Position numbers and translations under genes: made by a program. Shown here in pieces: positions 9,427 through 19,632 of a DNA stretch of 64,000 nt. Source of the stretch: Leptospirales bacterium (GTDB taxonomy: Bacteria > Spirochaetota > Leptospiria > Turneriellales > JAOUFE01); contig JBEQLE010000003.1 of the NCBI GenBank assembly GCA_040326155.1, positions 1-64,000 on the forward strand, written 5' to 3'. Every line of letters begins with the position of its first letter. Position 1 is the first letter of the stretch. The notes beneath the pieces were generated by a model, which worked only from the letters and a program-made list of their open reading frames with translations, ran no database searches and had not been told where the DNA came from.

Positions 9427-11283
9427 ATGTTTGGATCGGCAACACAAGCTCGAAATTGGAATAGAATTAGAAAGCGAATGCTTTTTATGATTGTCATTAT
9501 AGCGCTCGGATTTTTTTCCCTGTTATTTCGTCTTTTACAGCTACAGGTTATAGATGGAGAAGCTTATTATAAAGATTCGAAAAGGGTAATTCGAAAAATT
9601 GTAGTGGATAACGCGCCTCGTGGACAAATGTTTTATCGTAATTACCAGGGACGTGAAAACTCAAGTTATGTTGCCCAGAATACAACCACATTAACTCTGA
9701 TTGCCGTACCTGACCATTTTGATAAAGGCGAACTCTATGAAAAAACCCTGTTACTGGAAGAAGCTTACAAAATTACCGACAAGAGCCTTGTAAAGAAAAT
9801 TACCCCTGAGGCGATACGAAAAAAAATGGCAATAGTGCTTTTGGAAAATCTGACTCCGAAAGATCTCTCGATACTTGCTGATTACTACCTGCATTTTCAT
9901 AAATTTATTATAAAAGAAAACACGAAGCGGTTTTATAATGATGGGGAAAAAACTGCCCATATTACCGGCTATATTGGACCGCCCAATAAAAAAGATATTG
10001 CAGCCGGAATACGCAGCTACCAGCTCGTTGGAAAAAACGGCCTGGAAAAGTATTATGATTCTATTTTACGCGGTCAAGACGGGGAAATTGTTCAGATTAC
10101 TACAGCGACGGGAAATTTCGAAGAACAAAAGATTTTTCGAAGTTTTGTTCCCGGAAACAATCTTGTTTTAACGGTAGATGAAGATTTACAAAAAGCTGCC
10201 TGGAAGAGTATTCAAGGTCGTAAAGGGGCCATTATGGTTTTAAAACCCGCCACAGGAGAAATTTTGGCGCTGGTCAGCCAACCCGATTATAATCCCAATA
10301 CTTTATTATCTGACGTCCCGGGTGAGCGAAAAAAACATCTAGCTTATATTCGATCCAGCTACGCCGAAATTAATCGCGCTATTTCCGCAAAGTTTCCGCC
10401 GGCATCTACATTTAAACCACTTGTGGCCATAGCCGGTATGGAAGAAAAATTCGTTTCATCCGATTTAACTTTTTATTGCCCCGGTAAATTCGTAATGAAA
10501 AGTTCTTATTCTCATTTACCCGATTCGACTTTTCATTGTTGGAAAACCCACCGCAAGAATAATTTAATAACAGCAATTAGAGATAGTTGCTCCGTATACT
10601 TTTACCGCCTTGGTTTACGAATTGGCGCAGAACCTATAATGAATTATTCACGTCATTTTAAGCTGAATGAAGTTACCAATATAGACTTGCCAGGAGAAAT
10701 TGCCGGTTTTGTTCCTTCCAAAGAATGGAAACAGAGTGAATTTCATCAGGGGTGGTATGACGGCGATACTGTGAACTTAAGCATTGGCCAGGGCTTTATT
10801 GAGACAACGCTTATTGGAATGGTCAATTTTTACGCTGCTATCGCTTCGGGTGGCATTGTATATAAACCCCATCTGGTGAAAGAAATTCGTTTTGCAGAAA
10901 ATGATCAGATAAAAGAAAGTATTATACCGCAAGTTTTATATGAACTTCCACATTCGAAATTAACGATGGACACCATACGAGAAGGCTTACGTCAAGTGGT
11001 ATCGAAAGGAACAGCAAGGTGGGTTTTAAATCGTCCCTATTTAATGCCCATAGCAGGAAAAACAGGAACCGTACAAACTCGTTCGTTTGACCGGCACGCC
11101 AACAAAACCCAGCACGCATGGTTTATTGGTTATGGGCCATACAATGGCGATATTAACAAAACGATCGTTGTTGGTGTATTTATAGAACAAGGAGTTTCCG
11201 GGTCTGTCGGGGCTGCGCCAATTGCACATGATATATTCAAAGTGTGGAGCAATAAACTAAAGGGAAATTTACCGCTGGACTAA
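9427..11283 (+). CDS. mrdA: Penicillin-binding protein 2 (class B)
   Basis: SxxK (STFK), SxS/N-like (SCSVYFY) and KTG motifs; synteny. Confidence 0.92.
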   Translation: MFGSATQARNWNRIRKRMLFMIVIIALGFFSLLFRLLQLQVIDGEAYYKDSKRVIRKIVVDNAPRGQMFYRNYQGRENSSYVAQNTTTLTLIAVPDHFDKGELYEKTLLLEEAYKITDKSLVKKITPEAIRKKMAIVLLENLTPKDLSILADYYLHFHKFIIKENTKRFYNDGEKTAHITGYIGPPNKKDIAAGIRSYQLVGKNGLEKYYDSILRGQDGEIVQITTATGNFEEQKIFRSFVPGNNLVLTVDEDLQKAAWKSIQGRKGAIMVLKPATGEILALVSQPDYNPNTLLSDVPGERKKHLAYIRSSYAEINRAISAKFPPASTFKPLVAIAGMEEKFVSSDLTFYCPGKFVMKSSYSHLPDSTFHCWKTHRKNNLITAIRDSCSVYFYRLGLRIGAEPIMNYSRHFKLNEVTNIDLPGEIAGFVPSKEWKQSEFHQGWYDGDTVNLSIGQGFIETTLIGMVNFYAAIASGGIVYKPHLVKEIRFAENDQIKESIIPQVLYELPHSKLTMDTIREGLRQVVSKGTARWVLNRPYLMPIAGKTGTVQTRSFDRHANKTQHAWFIGYGPYNGDINKTIVVGVFIEQGVSGSVGAAPIAHDIFKVWSNKLKGNLPLD

Positions 11284-11284
11284 A

Positions 11285-12808
11285 ATGAATCCGATACGAA
11301 TAGACTGGACCATAGTAATCTTTTCCATTACGGCAACTTTGTTTGGCGCGCTATCCTTATATGGCGGCGGTGGGTTTGGAGAAACTCTTGCCATTAAACA
11401 TTTAATCTGGTTAGTACTCGGAATTATATTAATGTTCCTGTTTACCTTTGTGAGTTATCAGTTAATTGGTTCTTATGCTCTTATTATATTTGGCGTAGCG
11501 CTGTTTTTATTGGTCATTACATTAATACCGGGAATTGGCGCAAAAATAAAAGGAGCTCGTTCCTGGATTCGTTTTTTTGGCATGGGTTTTCAGCCGGCAG
11601 AGTTAATGAAAATTGCAATGGTAATTATGCTGGCAAAGTATTTAACGCTGAAAGAAAACCAGATTGCCCATATTAAAGAATTGTTTTTACCTTTTTTACT
11701 GACTATTATTCCGATGACCTTAATTGCGATTCAACCTGACCTCGGTTACGCCGTCATGATGTTACCTCTTTCTTTTATACTATTGTTTCTAGGGGGAGCC
11801 AATGTGCCTATTCTGGCTGGACTGGTCGTAGTCGGTTTTTCCATTCTATTTGTACCTATGTTTCTGGAATATCACAAATATATTATTACCGGAGAAATAG
11901 TTAAACTATTAGAATTGGATCATTATAATTTGTCTCATGCCATTAAGTCTTTAAGTTTTGAAGTATGGCGCTATGCCGAGAATGCTGCGAAGTATGCAAG
12001 CATGACCATCGGGACGACTGAAACAGAAAAGGCCATAGTAACCTTGTTAAAAGGCGATAACTTGAAACTGTTTTTCGAAACTGCCGATACGGCAAGAGCT
12101 GCAAAAAGTAATTTTCTACGTGATTTTTTTGCCAATGATCGCTTAATTATTCTACTATCGATATCGTCTTTTGTTATTTATGGAGTTTTGTTCTTTTTAC
12201 AACGCTTTTATTTTCGCCAAAATGCAGCCAAGGTTGCCACTGTTGCATCCTTAATTCTTGCCCTGAGTTTATCACTATCGTTTTTATTCAGAAGTTTCGT
12301 CAGTTTTAAACCCCACCAGGTTGTTAGAATTGTTTCATTTGCAAACCCCAAAGAGTTTCCGCAAGGGGCTGGTTACCAACTCAACCACTCTTTAATAACA
12401 GTCGGCTCTGGAAAAATTACCGGGAAAGGTATTTTTCAAGGCGATATGACAAAAGGTGATGTTCCATTTTTACCAGAATGGTATAACGATTTTATTTTTC
12501 CCGTCATAGGCGAACAATTTGGTCTGGTTGGTACAGTCACCGCGCTTTTATTATTATTAGGTATCGTTATTCGTGGGGTCAGTATTGCATGGCAGTCCAA
12601 AGATAACTTCGGCGCTCTGCTTGCGGCCGGCATTACCTCGATATTCTTTTTACATATATTTATTAATATAGGAATTACCCTTGGCATGTTACCTGTGACC
12701 GGAATACCGCTGGTCTTTTTCAGCTATGGGGGTTCCAACCTGATCGTTAATTTTATAGCCCTCGGAATTTTAATGAATATTCATCGCAAGCGTTTGATTA
12801 ACGTTTAG
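11285..12808 (+). CDS. rodA: SEDS glycosyltransferase RodA, with an internal insertion
   Basis: GARSW, QPAE, QPDLG, GYQ, PVTGIPL..SYGGS; 507 aa. Confidence 0.92.
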   Translation: MNPIRIDWTIVIFSITATLFGALSLYGGGGFGETLAIKHLIWLVLGIILMFLFTFVSYQLIGSYALIIFGVALFLLVITLIPGIGAKIKGARSWIRFFGMGFQPAELMKIAMVIMLAKYLTLKENQIAHIKELFLPFLLTIIPMTLIAIQPDLGYAVMMLPLSFILLFLGGANVPILAGLVVVGFSILFVPMFLEYHKYIITGEIVKLLELDHYNLSHAIKSLSFEVWRYAENAAKYASMTIGTTETEKAIVTLLKGDNLKLFFETADTARAAKSNFLRDFFANDRLIILLSISSFVIYGVLFFLQRFYFRQNAAKVATVASLILALSLSLSFLFRSFVSFKPHQVVRIVSFANPKEFPQGAGYQLNHSLITVGSGKITGKGIFQGDMTKGDVPFLPEWYNDFIFPVIGEQFGLVGTVTALLLLLGIVIRGVSIAWQSKDNFGALLAAGITSIFFLHIFINIGITLGMLPVTGIPLVFFSYGGSNLIVNFIALGILMNIHRKRLINV

Positions 12809-12818
12809 TTTTTCTACA

Positions 12819-13262
12819 TTAAAACTTTTTTGAAAGACCCAGATTAATTCCCGGTCTATTGTTCAGGTTGTCAAAGTTTGTCGGTTCACGATTATTTTTG
12901 GCGTCCTTTATGGCGATTAAAAGAGTGAGGGTAACAGTAGATGCACCCATTGTAATAAGATACCAGGTCGGCAAGGCGCCCAGAGTAAAATCATATGTCG
13001 GATCGTAAATATAATAACCACTGCTGAAAACCAATATGTTCGCTAAAGCTATAAATGGCAGGGCTAAAAAAAACACAATCTCGCCTCGTCGAAAAGGCGT
13101 TTCCGTATATTCCGTGTCGTCATTTTCGGAACTATCGGAGACCTGTTGCGCATTCCATGTCTGCCAGGCCAGTGGTTCGGAATAGATTGGTAGTGTAAAT
13201 CCCCATAGCAAAAACAATGTAATTAACTTTATTGCAAAACTATTTTTAATTGAACAGGTCAT
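12819..13262 (-). CDS. Hypothetical membrane protein
   Basis: Signal-like N-terminus and two TM segments; overlaps the ruvB stop. Confidence 0.55.
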   Translation of the reverse strand: MTCSIKNSFAIKLITLFLLWGFTLPIYSEPLAWQTWNAQQVSDSSENDDTEYTETPFRRGEIVFFLALPFIALANILVFSSGYYIYDPTYDFTLGALPTWYLITMGASTVTLTLLIAIKDAKNNREPTNFDNLNNRPGINLGLSKKF

Positions 13263-14274
13263 TTTCTACTCCAGGGGGTTGTATATGAATGTGCTCATAT
13301 CCCTTATTAGTCAGCATGCGTCCTCTTGAGGTTCTTTGTATTAAATCGAGTCGAATCATAAATGGTTCCACAAAGTCTTCCAGAGTAATTAAATCTTCCG
13401 ATAAAATTGCTGAGAGTGGTTTCAAACCGACAGGCCCACCTTTGTATTGTACGGCTAGAATACGCAGAAATTCGTTATCTAGAGCTGTTAACCCCAGTTT
13501 GTCGACTCGCATTTCCGTAAAACTATGGTCCGTAATGCTCACATCGATCACTGTATTTTTTTCACCCTGAGACTCTTCTCCTACAATTGCATAGTCCCAG
13601 ACCCGACGTAAAAGCCGCAGGGCAATACGAGGGGTTCGCCGACTTCTTTGAGCAATTTCGTTTAAGGCGTCGGCATTAATAGAAATACGCCACTTCTTTG
13701 CGGCATTGCTGATTATTTTTGCTATATCTTCTATATTATAAAAGTCCAGTCGCAAGTGAATTCCAAACCGGTCTCGCAAAGGTGACGAAAGATTTCCCGG
13801 CTTCGTAGTCGCCCCGACCAGAGTAAAAGGAGGAATATCGATTGTAACGGTAGTCGCCCCGAGACCCTCGGCAAGTGTAATATCAATTTGCCTGTCTTCC
13901 AGAGCGGGGTAAAGTATTTCTTCAACCGGAGCCGGCAGACGATGTATTTCATCTAAAAAAAGTATATCATTTTCATTTAACGTAGATAAAATTTTGGCGA
14001 GGTCTCCGGGTCTTTTTAAATTTGGCGCCGACACCTGGTAAAATTGTCCCTCTTGCTTACCGGCAAGTATTTTTGCCAGAGTTGTTTTCCCGAGCCCCGG
14101 TGGCCCGGAAAATAAAATATGATCTAAAACTTCGTTTCGTAAAGAAGCAGCCTTTAGATAAACTTTTAAATTATCCACCGCTTCCCTTTGCCCAATAAAT
14201 TCGTTAAAATCCGCAGGACGTATGGTAATATCTTCCGATGAATTTTTTTCTTTTCCGTAAATTTGAGATTCCAT
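13246..14274 (-). CDS. ruvB: Holliday junction branch-migration ATPase
   Basis: RP..F.EFIGQ, GPPGLGKTT, DEIHRL, PLRDRFG, RTSRGR. Confidence 0.97.
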   Translation of the reverse strand: MESQIYGKEKNSSEDITIRPADFNEFIGQREAVDNLKVYLKAASLRNEVLDHILFSGPPGLGKTTLAKILAGKQEGQFYQVSAPNLKRPGDLAKILSTLNENDILFLDEIHRLPAPVEEILYPALEDRQIDITLAEGLGATTVTIDIPPFTLVGATTKPGNLSSPLRDRFGIHLRLDFYNIEDIAKIISNAAKKWRISINADALNEIAQRSRRTPRIALRLLRRVWDYAIVGEESQGEKNTVIDVSITDHSFTEMRVDKLGLTALDNEFLRILAVQYKGGPVGLKPLSAILSEDLITLEDFVEPFMIRLDLIQRTSRGRMLTNKGYEHIHIQPPGVENDLFN

Positions 14275-14282
14275 AATCTTAT

Positions 14283-14651
14283 CTATTTTTCCAGAACAAC
14301 CATAGCCGTAGAATAATTGTCAGCATGAGATATGCTACAGTGGATATTTTTAATTTGTAACGTATTGATTTTTTCTTTCATGTCTCCGAACACTACCGGG
14401 TCTTTTTTACCGGAACTGCCAACAAGTCCGATTTCTTTGTACGATGCGAAAGTGCCGAACCCAATGGCTTTTATAAAAGCTTCTTTTAGAGCGAAACGGG
14501 CAGCCAGGTGTGGCACCGGGTTATTCTTTTTCATGCAGTATTCAATTTCTTCTGGAATAAATATTCGTGACAAAAAAGAATCTTCGTATTTTTCAAGAAT
14601 CGATTTAATTCTGTAATTTTCACAAATGTCTACACCCAGGCCGAAGATCAT
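14283..14651 (-). CDS. acpS: Holo-ACP synthase
   Basis: GLGVDI, AARFALKEA..KA, SISH. Confidence 0.95.
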   Translation of the reverse strand: MIFGLGVDICENYRIKSILEKYEDSFLSRIFIPEEIEYCMKKNNPVPHLAARFALKEAFIKAIGFGTFASYKEIGLVGSSGKKDPVVFGDMKEKINTLQIKNIHCSISHADNYSTAMVVLEK

Positions 14652-15406
14652 GTATTCACCATTCTCAATAAAATATTTTTCATCTCATGTACGGCTTGCC
14701 GCATTCCAACTTTAAGAGCTTTGGAAATAATGGCGTGCCCTATATTCACTTCGCTTAGATTTTCAATATGTAATAAACTATAAATATTATGATAGTTTAA
14801 TCCATGACCTGCATGAAACTCTAGATGTTTTTCCTTGCAAAGTTTTCCGGCATAATGAATTTTTTTCAGTTCGTCTTCGTGCGCTTTGTTATGAAAAAAA
14901 CTTCGAGCAAAATTACCGGTATGCGCTTCTATTCCGCGAACGCCCAGTTTCGCAGCATGTTCGACTGCTGTCTGGGTAGCTTCTGTAAAAAGGAAAACTT
15001 CAATGTCAACTTCTTTAAAAACCGGAAGACTTTCAGACAACAGATCATAGAGTTCCGTTGTATTTAGACCGCCTTCGGTAGTTAATTCTTCTCGTTTCTC
15101 TGGAACAATACAAACACTTTTTGGCTTTAACTTTAAAGCAATATCGATCATCTCTTGCGTAAGCGCCATCTCCATGTTAATTGGAATTTTCAGATGTTTA
15201 TTTATATCGAATAAATCGTCGTCCACGATATGGCGACGGTCTTCCCGCAGGTGCATCGTCAATGAGGCTGCTCCGCCTTCTTGCGCTTCAAGAGCCATGT
15301 CGATTAAAGATGGGTCTTTTTCACCACGGGCATTTCTAAGCGTGGCAATGTGGTCGATATTTACTCCAAGCTTAATTTCTTTTATTTTATGATCAGTTTC
15401 CATCAT
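14648..15406 (-). CDS. pdxJ: Pyridoxine 5'-phosphate synthase
   Basis: LGVNIDHIATLRNARG, HLREDRRHI, TTEGG, AGHGL, NIGH. Confidence 0.97.
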   Translation of the reverse strand: MMETDHKIKEIKLGVNIDHIATLRNARGEKDPSLIDMALEAQEGGAASLTMHLREDRRHIVDDDLFDINKHLKIPINMEMALTQEMIDIALKLKPKSVCIVPEKREELTTEGGLNTTELYDLLSESLPVFKEVDIEVFLFTEATQTAVEHAAKLGVRGIEAHTGNFARSFFHNKAHEDELKKIHYAGKLCKEKHLEFHAGHGLNYHNIYSLLHIENLSEVNIGHAIISKALKVGMRQAVHEMKNILLRMVNT

Positions 15407-16424
15407 TTAATTCCCCATTATTATCATTGTCATCAGGGTCGTTATTCTCTTCAGGTTCTTTTATATATTCCGGTTTTACGGAAAAACGCACGGTAAGGTA
15501 ATTCGGCATTATTTCTATTATGTCAATAGCCTTCTTATTTGTCAGAATCCTAATGATTATATCGATTTCCGATTCTGTATCAAATGGCATTATGGCTCCC
15601 GTTTTGGGAATGAAACGCGTTCCCTCGAGATTTACATAGGCTTGAAAAGAATCAGCGCTCAATTTATTAATAACTTCAGGGTTACCCGTAACGCGAATTT
15701 TAATTTCAAGGCTGGATAAGCGAACTTCTAATGCCGGGTCTAATCCTTCAACCTCGACTTTAATTCCCGAAATAGTTTTTTCACGAGTATTATCCTGAGT
15801 CGATATTGTAATCTGAACTTCAACAGATTGATGATCAATAATTTTACTTTGCCTGGGTTTTATCAGAGCCTTTCGCACAACCAGAGACTTTTGTGCATTT
15901 TCCAGGTTTACCCATTCAGTTTGTACATATTTGATTTCGCGTATTTTAGACTCAGGACCCTCAATTGTAATTGATTTAGGGGTAACCAGTGTTTTACCCT
16001 TCTTGAAACCTTCAGCGATTTCGCCCTGGACCATCACTTTAACGGGAACTATTTTTCTTACTGCTTTCTCTAAATCGATTTTTATCGCCTTCGCCATTGA
16101 GGTAATTTCAATTTTATCCGGTATCTGTTCGGCAACAAATTTTACTTTATACTGTTTGCGTCCGGCTTCGGCGTCGCCAAGATACACGGAGGCTTTCAGG
16201 TTACCAGTGGGGAATTTTAAAGCTTCCTGACGCCCTCTGACACTGAGTTGCAGATAGCGAGGCGGGTCTTTTTTCCAGTAAAGGTTATCTGGTTTTTGCT
16301 CGTAAGTAATGGGAACAGGTATTGTAATGGTATTCATTTTAATATCGCGCACATAATACCATGTGATGATGGCAACAATAATGCTTACGAGTTTTATTTT
16401 CCAGTTTTCCGTAAACCAACTCAT
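15393..16424 (-). CDS. cdaR: YbbR-domain diadenylate cyclase regulator
   Basis: NW.IKLVSI..A N-terminal anchor and repeated YbbR-like beta domains; directly follows cdaA. Confidence 0.85.
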   Translation of the reverse strand: MSWFTENWKIKLVSIIVAIITWYYVRDIKMNTITIPVPITYEQKPDNLYWKKDPPRYLQLSVRGRQEALKFPTGNLKASVYLGDAEAGRKQYKVKFVAEQIPDKIEITSMAKAIKIDLEKAVRKIVPVKVMVQGEIAEGFKKGKTLVTPKSITIEGPESKIREIKYVQTEWVNLENAQKSLVVRKALIKPRQSKIIDHQSVEVQITISTQDNTREKTISGIKVEVEGLDPALEVRLSSLEIKIRVTGNPEVINKLSADSFQAYVNLEGTRFIPKTGAIMPFDTESEIDIIIRILTNKKAIDIIEIMPNYLTVRFSVKPEYIKEPEENNDPDDNDNNGELNDGN

Positions 16425-17224
16425 TTGTTCTTACCGCTCCCTGTTGGCGCAAATAAAGTATTCCACTCTTCAGATAATCGATCAGAGTTAAAAGCCATTA
16501 AAAGTGATTTCAATTTTACATGGTCAACCTTTTCTTTCATCTCACCCAAATAACAAGCTGTAATCCACCCTTTTTCTTCCGAAACAACCAGGGCCAGACA
16601 ATCTGACTCTTCACTAATACCAAGCCCGGCTCTATGCCTTGCCCCATGGGTTTTTTTCAATTGATCTGAATTTGAGAGTGGCAGATATGTCGCTGCCGAT
16701 AAAATTTGATTCCCTTCAATAATGATGGCGCCATCGTGCAGTGGGTTTTGCCCGTAAAAAATGGAAACCAACAACTCTTTGGTTAGTTTTGCATCAATAG
16801 CAATACCCCCTTCTGAAATGTGCTTCAGACCGATTTTATTTACCAAAACAAACAAAGCTCCTGTTTTAACTTCTGATAATTGCATGCCAGCCTGGTAAAT
16901 TTCATCAACCGGTACTTCCCGTGTCTGAAATAAAAGTCGGTACCATCGAGTTTGTCCAATTGTATAAAAAATACGCCGTAATTCGGGTTGTAAAATTACA
17001 ATCATTGCAATTAAAATATACCCAGAGATGGATTCAAAAATCCAATTTACTGTCTCAAGTTGTAGTATACGGGAAATAACAGAAACGGTAAGTAATAACG
17101 CAAGACCAATAAAAACAGGTGTAGCGCGAGTATGCCGCAACAATCGAATAATTTGATAGGTGATAAAAGCTACGAGCAGAATATCAATTGCATTGCGAAA
17201 AAGGACGGTATAGCTTTCAACCAT
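16421..17224 (-). CDS. cdaA: Membrane-bound diadenylate cyclase (c-di-AMP synthase)
   Basis: 3 N-terminal TMs; QPELRR, HDGA, GARHRA, VVSEE; start probably ATG 17224. Confidence 0.93.
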   Translation of the reverse strand: MVESYTVLFRNAIDILLVAFITYQIIRLLRHTRATPVFIGLALLLTVSVISRILQLETVNWIFESISGYILIAMIVILQPELRRIFYTIGQTRWYRLLFQTREVPVDEIYQAGMQLSEVKTGALFVLVNKIGLKHISEGGIAIDAKLTKELLVSIFYGQNPLHDGAIIIEGNQILSAATYLPLSNSDQLKKTHGARHRAGLGISEESDCLALVVSEEKGWITACYLGEMKEKVDHVKLKSLLMAFNSDRLSEEWNTLFAPTGSGKNK

Positions 17225-18044
17225 TTTGATTTCCGTTTGCCTCAACGGCAGCTAAAATTCGTTTCATTTGAATTGCCGGGGTAACATCATGAACTCTCAA
17301 TATATCGACGCCTTGTAAAGCTAAATATGTATGGAAAACAAGAGTCGCGTCGCCTCGCTTTTCAACCTCTTGAATACCCAGTAAGTGTTCCATAAGTGAC
17401 TTTCTGGAAACCCCGACAAGAAGTGGAAAACCCTCTTGTTTGAATCGTTCTACATTATTTAATAATATCAAGTTGTGTTCGAGAGTTTTACCAAAACCAA
17501 TGCCAAAGTCCCAGATAATCTTTTTTTCATCTATGCCAAATTTCAAAGCTTTTTCTGTTCGTTGCTTCAAAAAGTCGATGGTTTCTGTGACAATATCTTT
17601 GTATTGAGGTTTTACCTGCATAACCTCTGGAGTTCCTTTGGAGTGCATAAGCACAATACCGGCTTTGTGTTCTGAAACCGCCTGTAAAAGCCCATCTGAT
17701 TCACCGGCTCGAATATCATTAATAAAGGATACCCCCCATTGCAATACTTTTCGCGCCACTTCCGCTTTATGCGTGTCCACAGAAATATTTTTTATTATTT
17801 CAGTACCATTTTTAGTCTGTGTAAGAGTTTCCAACGGGGCGAGTCTTTTCAACTCTTCTGTGACCGTAATCGGCGATGCAAAAGGACGACTGCTTTCGGC
17901 GCCGACATCAAGAATGTTCGCACCTTCGTGTAAATATTTGTTTGCAGTGTTTAAGAATAATTCGGGCTTAACTCTTGAATCGGGTACGAAAGAGTCAGAT
18001 GTAAGGTTGATAACAGCCCAAATTTGTAAATTATTCGTTTTCAA
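17217..18044 (-). CDS. folP: Dihydropteroate synthase
   Basis: N.TSDSF, DVGAESSRP, D.GIGFGK, GVSRKS, LRVHDV; TTG start overlaps the upstream stop. Confidence 0.95.
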   Translation of the reverse strand: MKTNNLQIWAVINLTSDSFVPDSRVKPELFLNTANKYLHEGANILDVGAESSRPFASPITVTEELKRLAPLETLTQTKNGTEIIKNISVDTHKAEVARKVLQWGVSFINDIRAGESDGLLQAVSEHKAGIVLMHSKGTPEVMQVKPQYKDIVTETIDFLKQRTEKALKFGIDEKKIIWDFGIGFGKTLEHNLILLNNVERFKQEGFPLLVGVSRKSLMEHLLGIQEVEKRGDATLVFHTYLALQGVDILRVHDVTPAIQMKRILAAVEANGNQNG

Positions 18045-19066
18045 AAGACAAAATTCAAGTCGACATAGTGTTGTAACCCAATTCTAAGAGGATCGCGATT
18101 AATGGAGTAGGCAAATTTTAAAAAGGGAAGCTCAAGACCAGCCCCGAAAGCCAGGTTACCATCTTGCAGTCCACCCATCAGAAATATATATTTCGCAAAT
18201 AGAAAATGTACGCCAATTCGAGTTGTAGTGGGATTGTTCACATCGCCCATATTTTTGTTCACAGACATCATTATTTTAATGTTCGTGGTAGGGGGTGTAA
18301 TTGCCAACGAAAGATCTAATTCGGTATCCATTTTTTCATAATTGCTTGAACCTACTGATCGTTGGTAAAGTCCAAATAGGTTTTTTGCGACAAATCCAAT
18401 ATTTATAATTGGTATCGGCGCAATTTGAACTCCGAAGGAAAACCCTCCTCCATAAATACTCGCTGTACCAAGATATTCCTGCATAAAGTGGGCCGATAAA
18501 CCCCACCTTAACGTTCCTGACTCTCGGGCATATCCAAGTATAATATCACCAAAACGATATGTTAATTGTCGTGTTGCAACTCCGCTTTCATCGTACCCCT
18601 GAATTCCATCAACAAGACTACCCAAAAATCCGATACCGACCGTCCCTTTAAACAGGGTCAAGCCAATTCCGCTATAGACAATTTTTCGATCCAGCGTCAT
18701 CTGGCCATATGTGGAGAAAAATTGCATTTCGAAAGTTCGCTCACTGGTCTCGTCTTTTTTATTCTCGTCTTTTTCATCCCAGAAGCCTTCGGGCAATGGG
18801 TTGTCATCGGAATTGTCAAACGTATCTTCGCTCTCTTTTTCAAGACTATTTTGACTGCTGTCTTCGCCGTTAATCTGGCTAAGTCCGGCAGGGTTGACTA
18901 AAAGTGAAGAAGGATCGGATACCACCGCTCCATTTGCACCCCCCGAGCCGATATTTTCCGCTCCGTACGTTCCATAGAGAACTCGTCCAGCCGACTGAGC
19001 CTGAATTTCAGCCCATGAAGCCGTTGTGAGAAACAATATAATTAAATAAATTACTTTTTTTTGCAT
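18041..19066 (-). CDS. PorV/PorQ-like (FadL-superfamily) outer-membrane beta-barrel protein
   Basis: Signal peptide; GAENIGSGGA...DPSSLLVNPAGL motif; amphipathic strands ending in terminal Phe. Confidence 0.7.
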   Translation of the reverse strand: MQKKVIYLIILFLTTASWAEIQAQSAGRVLYGTYGAENIGSGGANGAVVSDPSSLLVNPAGLSQINGEDSSQNSLEKESEDTFDNSDDNPLPEGFWDEKDENKKDETSERTFEMQFFSTYGQMTLDRKIVYSGIGLTLFKGTVGIGFLGSLVDGIQGYDESGVATRQLTYRFGDIILGYARESGTLRWGLSAHFMQEYLGTASIYGGGFSFGVQIAPIPIINIGFVAKNLFGLYQRSVGSSNYEKMDTELDLSLAITPPTTNIKIMMSVNKNMGDVNNPTTTRIGVHFLFAKYIFLMGGLQDGNLAFGAGLELPFLKFAYSINRDPLRIGLQHYVDLNFVF

Positions 19067-19070
19067 AAGG

Positions 19071-19442
19071 CTATTGAACCAATACTTTAACGTATTTTAC
19101 CCCAATAGAGGAGTCAGGGTAAGTTTGTGTGAGTTGAATAAAATAGAGTCCGGGACTTACTCGAGTTCCCGAATTATTATGGCCACTCCATTTGATTACA
19201 CTGTTTGTGACGGATGAACCACTGTATGCGAGATTTTCGTTGAAATCGTATACTTTGAAACGGACTGTACCGCTGAATGTTGCCGAATTAGCCGGTTTAA
19301 TGGTCAAAGTGTGCTTGCCTGGGTGAAAAGGGTTGGGGTAGGCAATGACTTTCCCAATAGCTTTCGATTTTCCATAGGAATAATAGCCAAAAGAAATTAA
19401 AAATGCGATCAAGATACTGGAAATTATTTTCCGCTGATTCAT
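19071..19442 (-). CDS. Small secreted protein consisting of a single FlgD-Ig / T9SS type-A CTD-like domain
   Basis: Signal peptide, then AYPNPF, VYDFN, WSGHNNSG..VSPGLYF, VKVLVQ; likely ATG 19442. Confidence 0.7.
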   Translation of the reverse strand: MNQRKIISSILIAFLISFGYYSYGKSKAIGKVIAYPNPFHPGKHTLTIKPANSATFSGTVRFKVYDFNENLAYSGSSVTNSVIKWSGHNNSGTRVSPGLYFIQLTQTYPDSSIGVKYVKVLVQ

Positions 19443-19579
19443 ACAGTATGTTGTGAATTTCACTATAAATAGTCAAGGTTAATATTGGCCATGATTATGA
19501 TTTTCAATTATTTTTGTATGTTAAAATATACATCTGAAGTTTATATGTACATACTTAATAGTAAATATTCACTTTTTAC

Positions 19580-19609
19580 TTGACAACTAGTGTGTTTTCG
19601 TACTACCTT
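19580..19609 (+). promoter_or_regulatory. Putative sigma70 promoter for the 19.6-24.7 kb array
   Basis: TTGACA(19580)-18nt-TACCTT; GGGA SD before ATG 19633. Confidence 0.4.
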
Positions 19610-19632
19610 GGTATTAATATGGGAATAATAGT

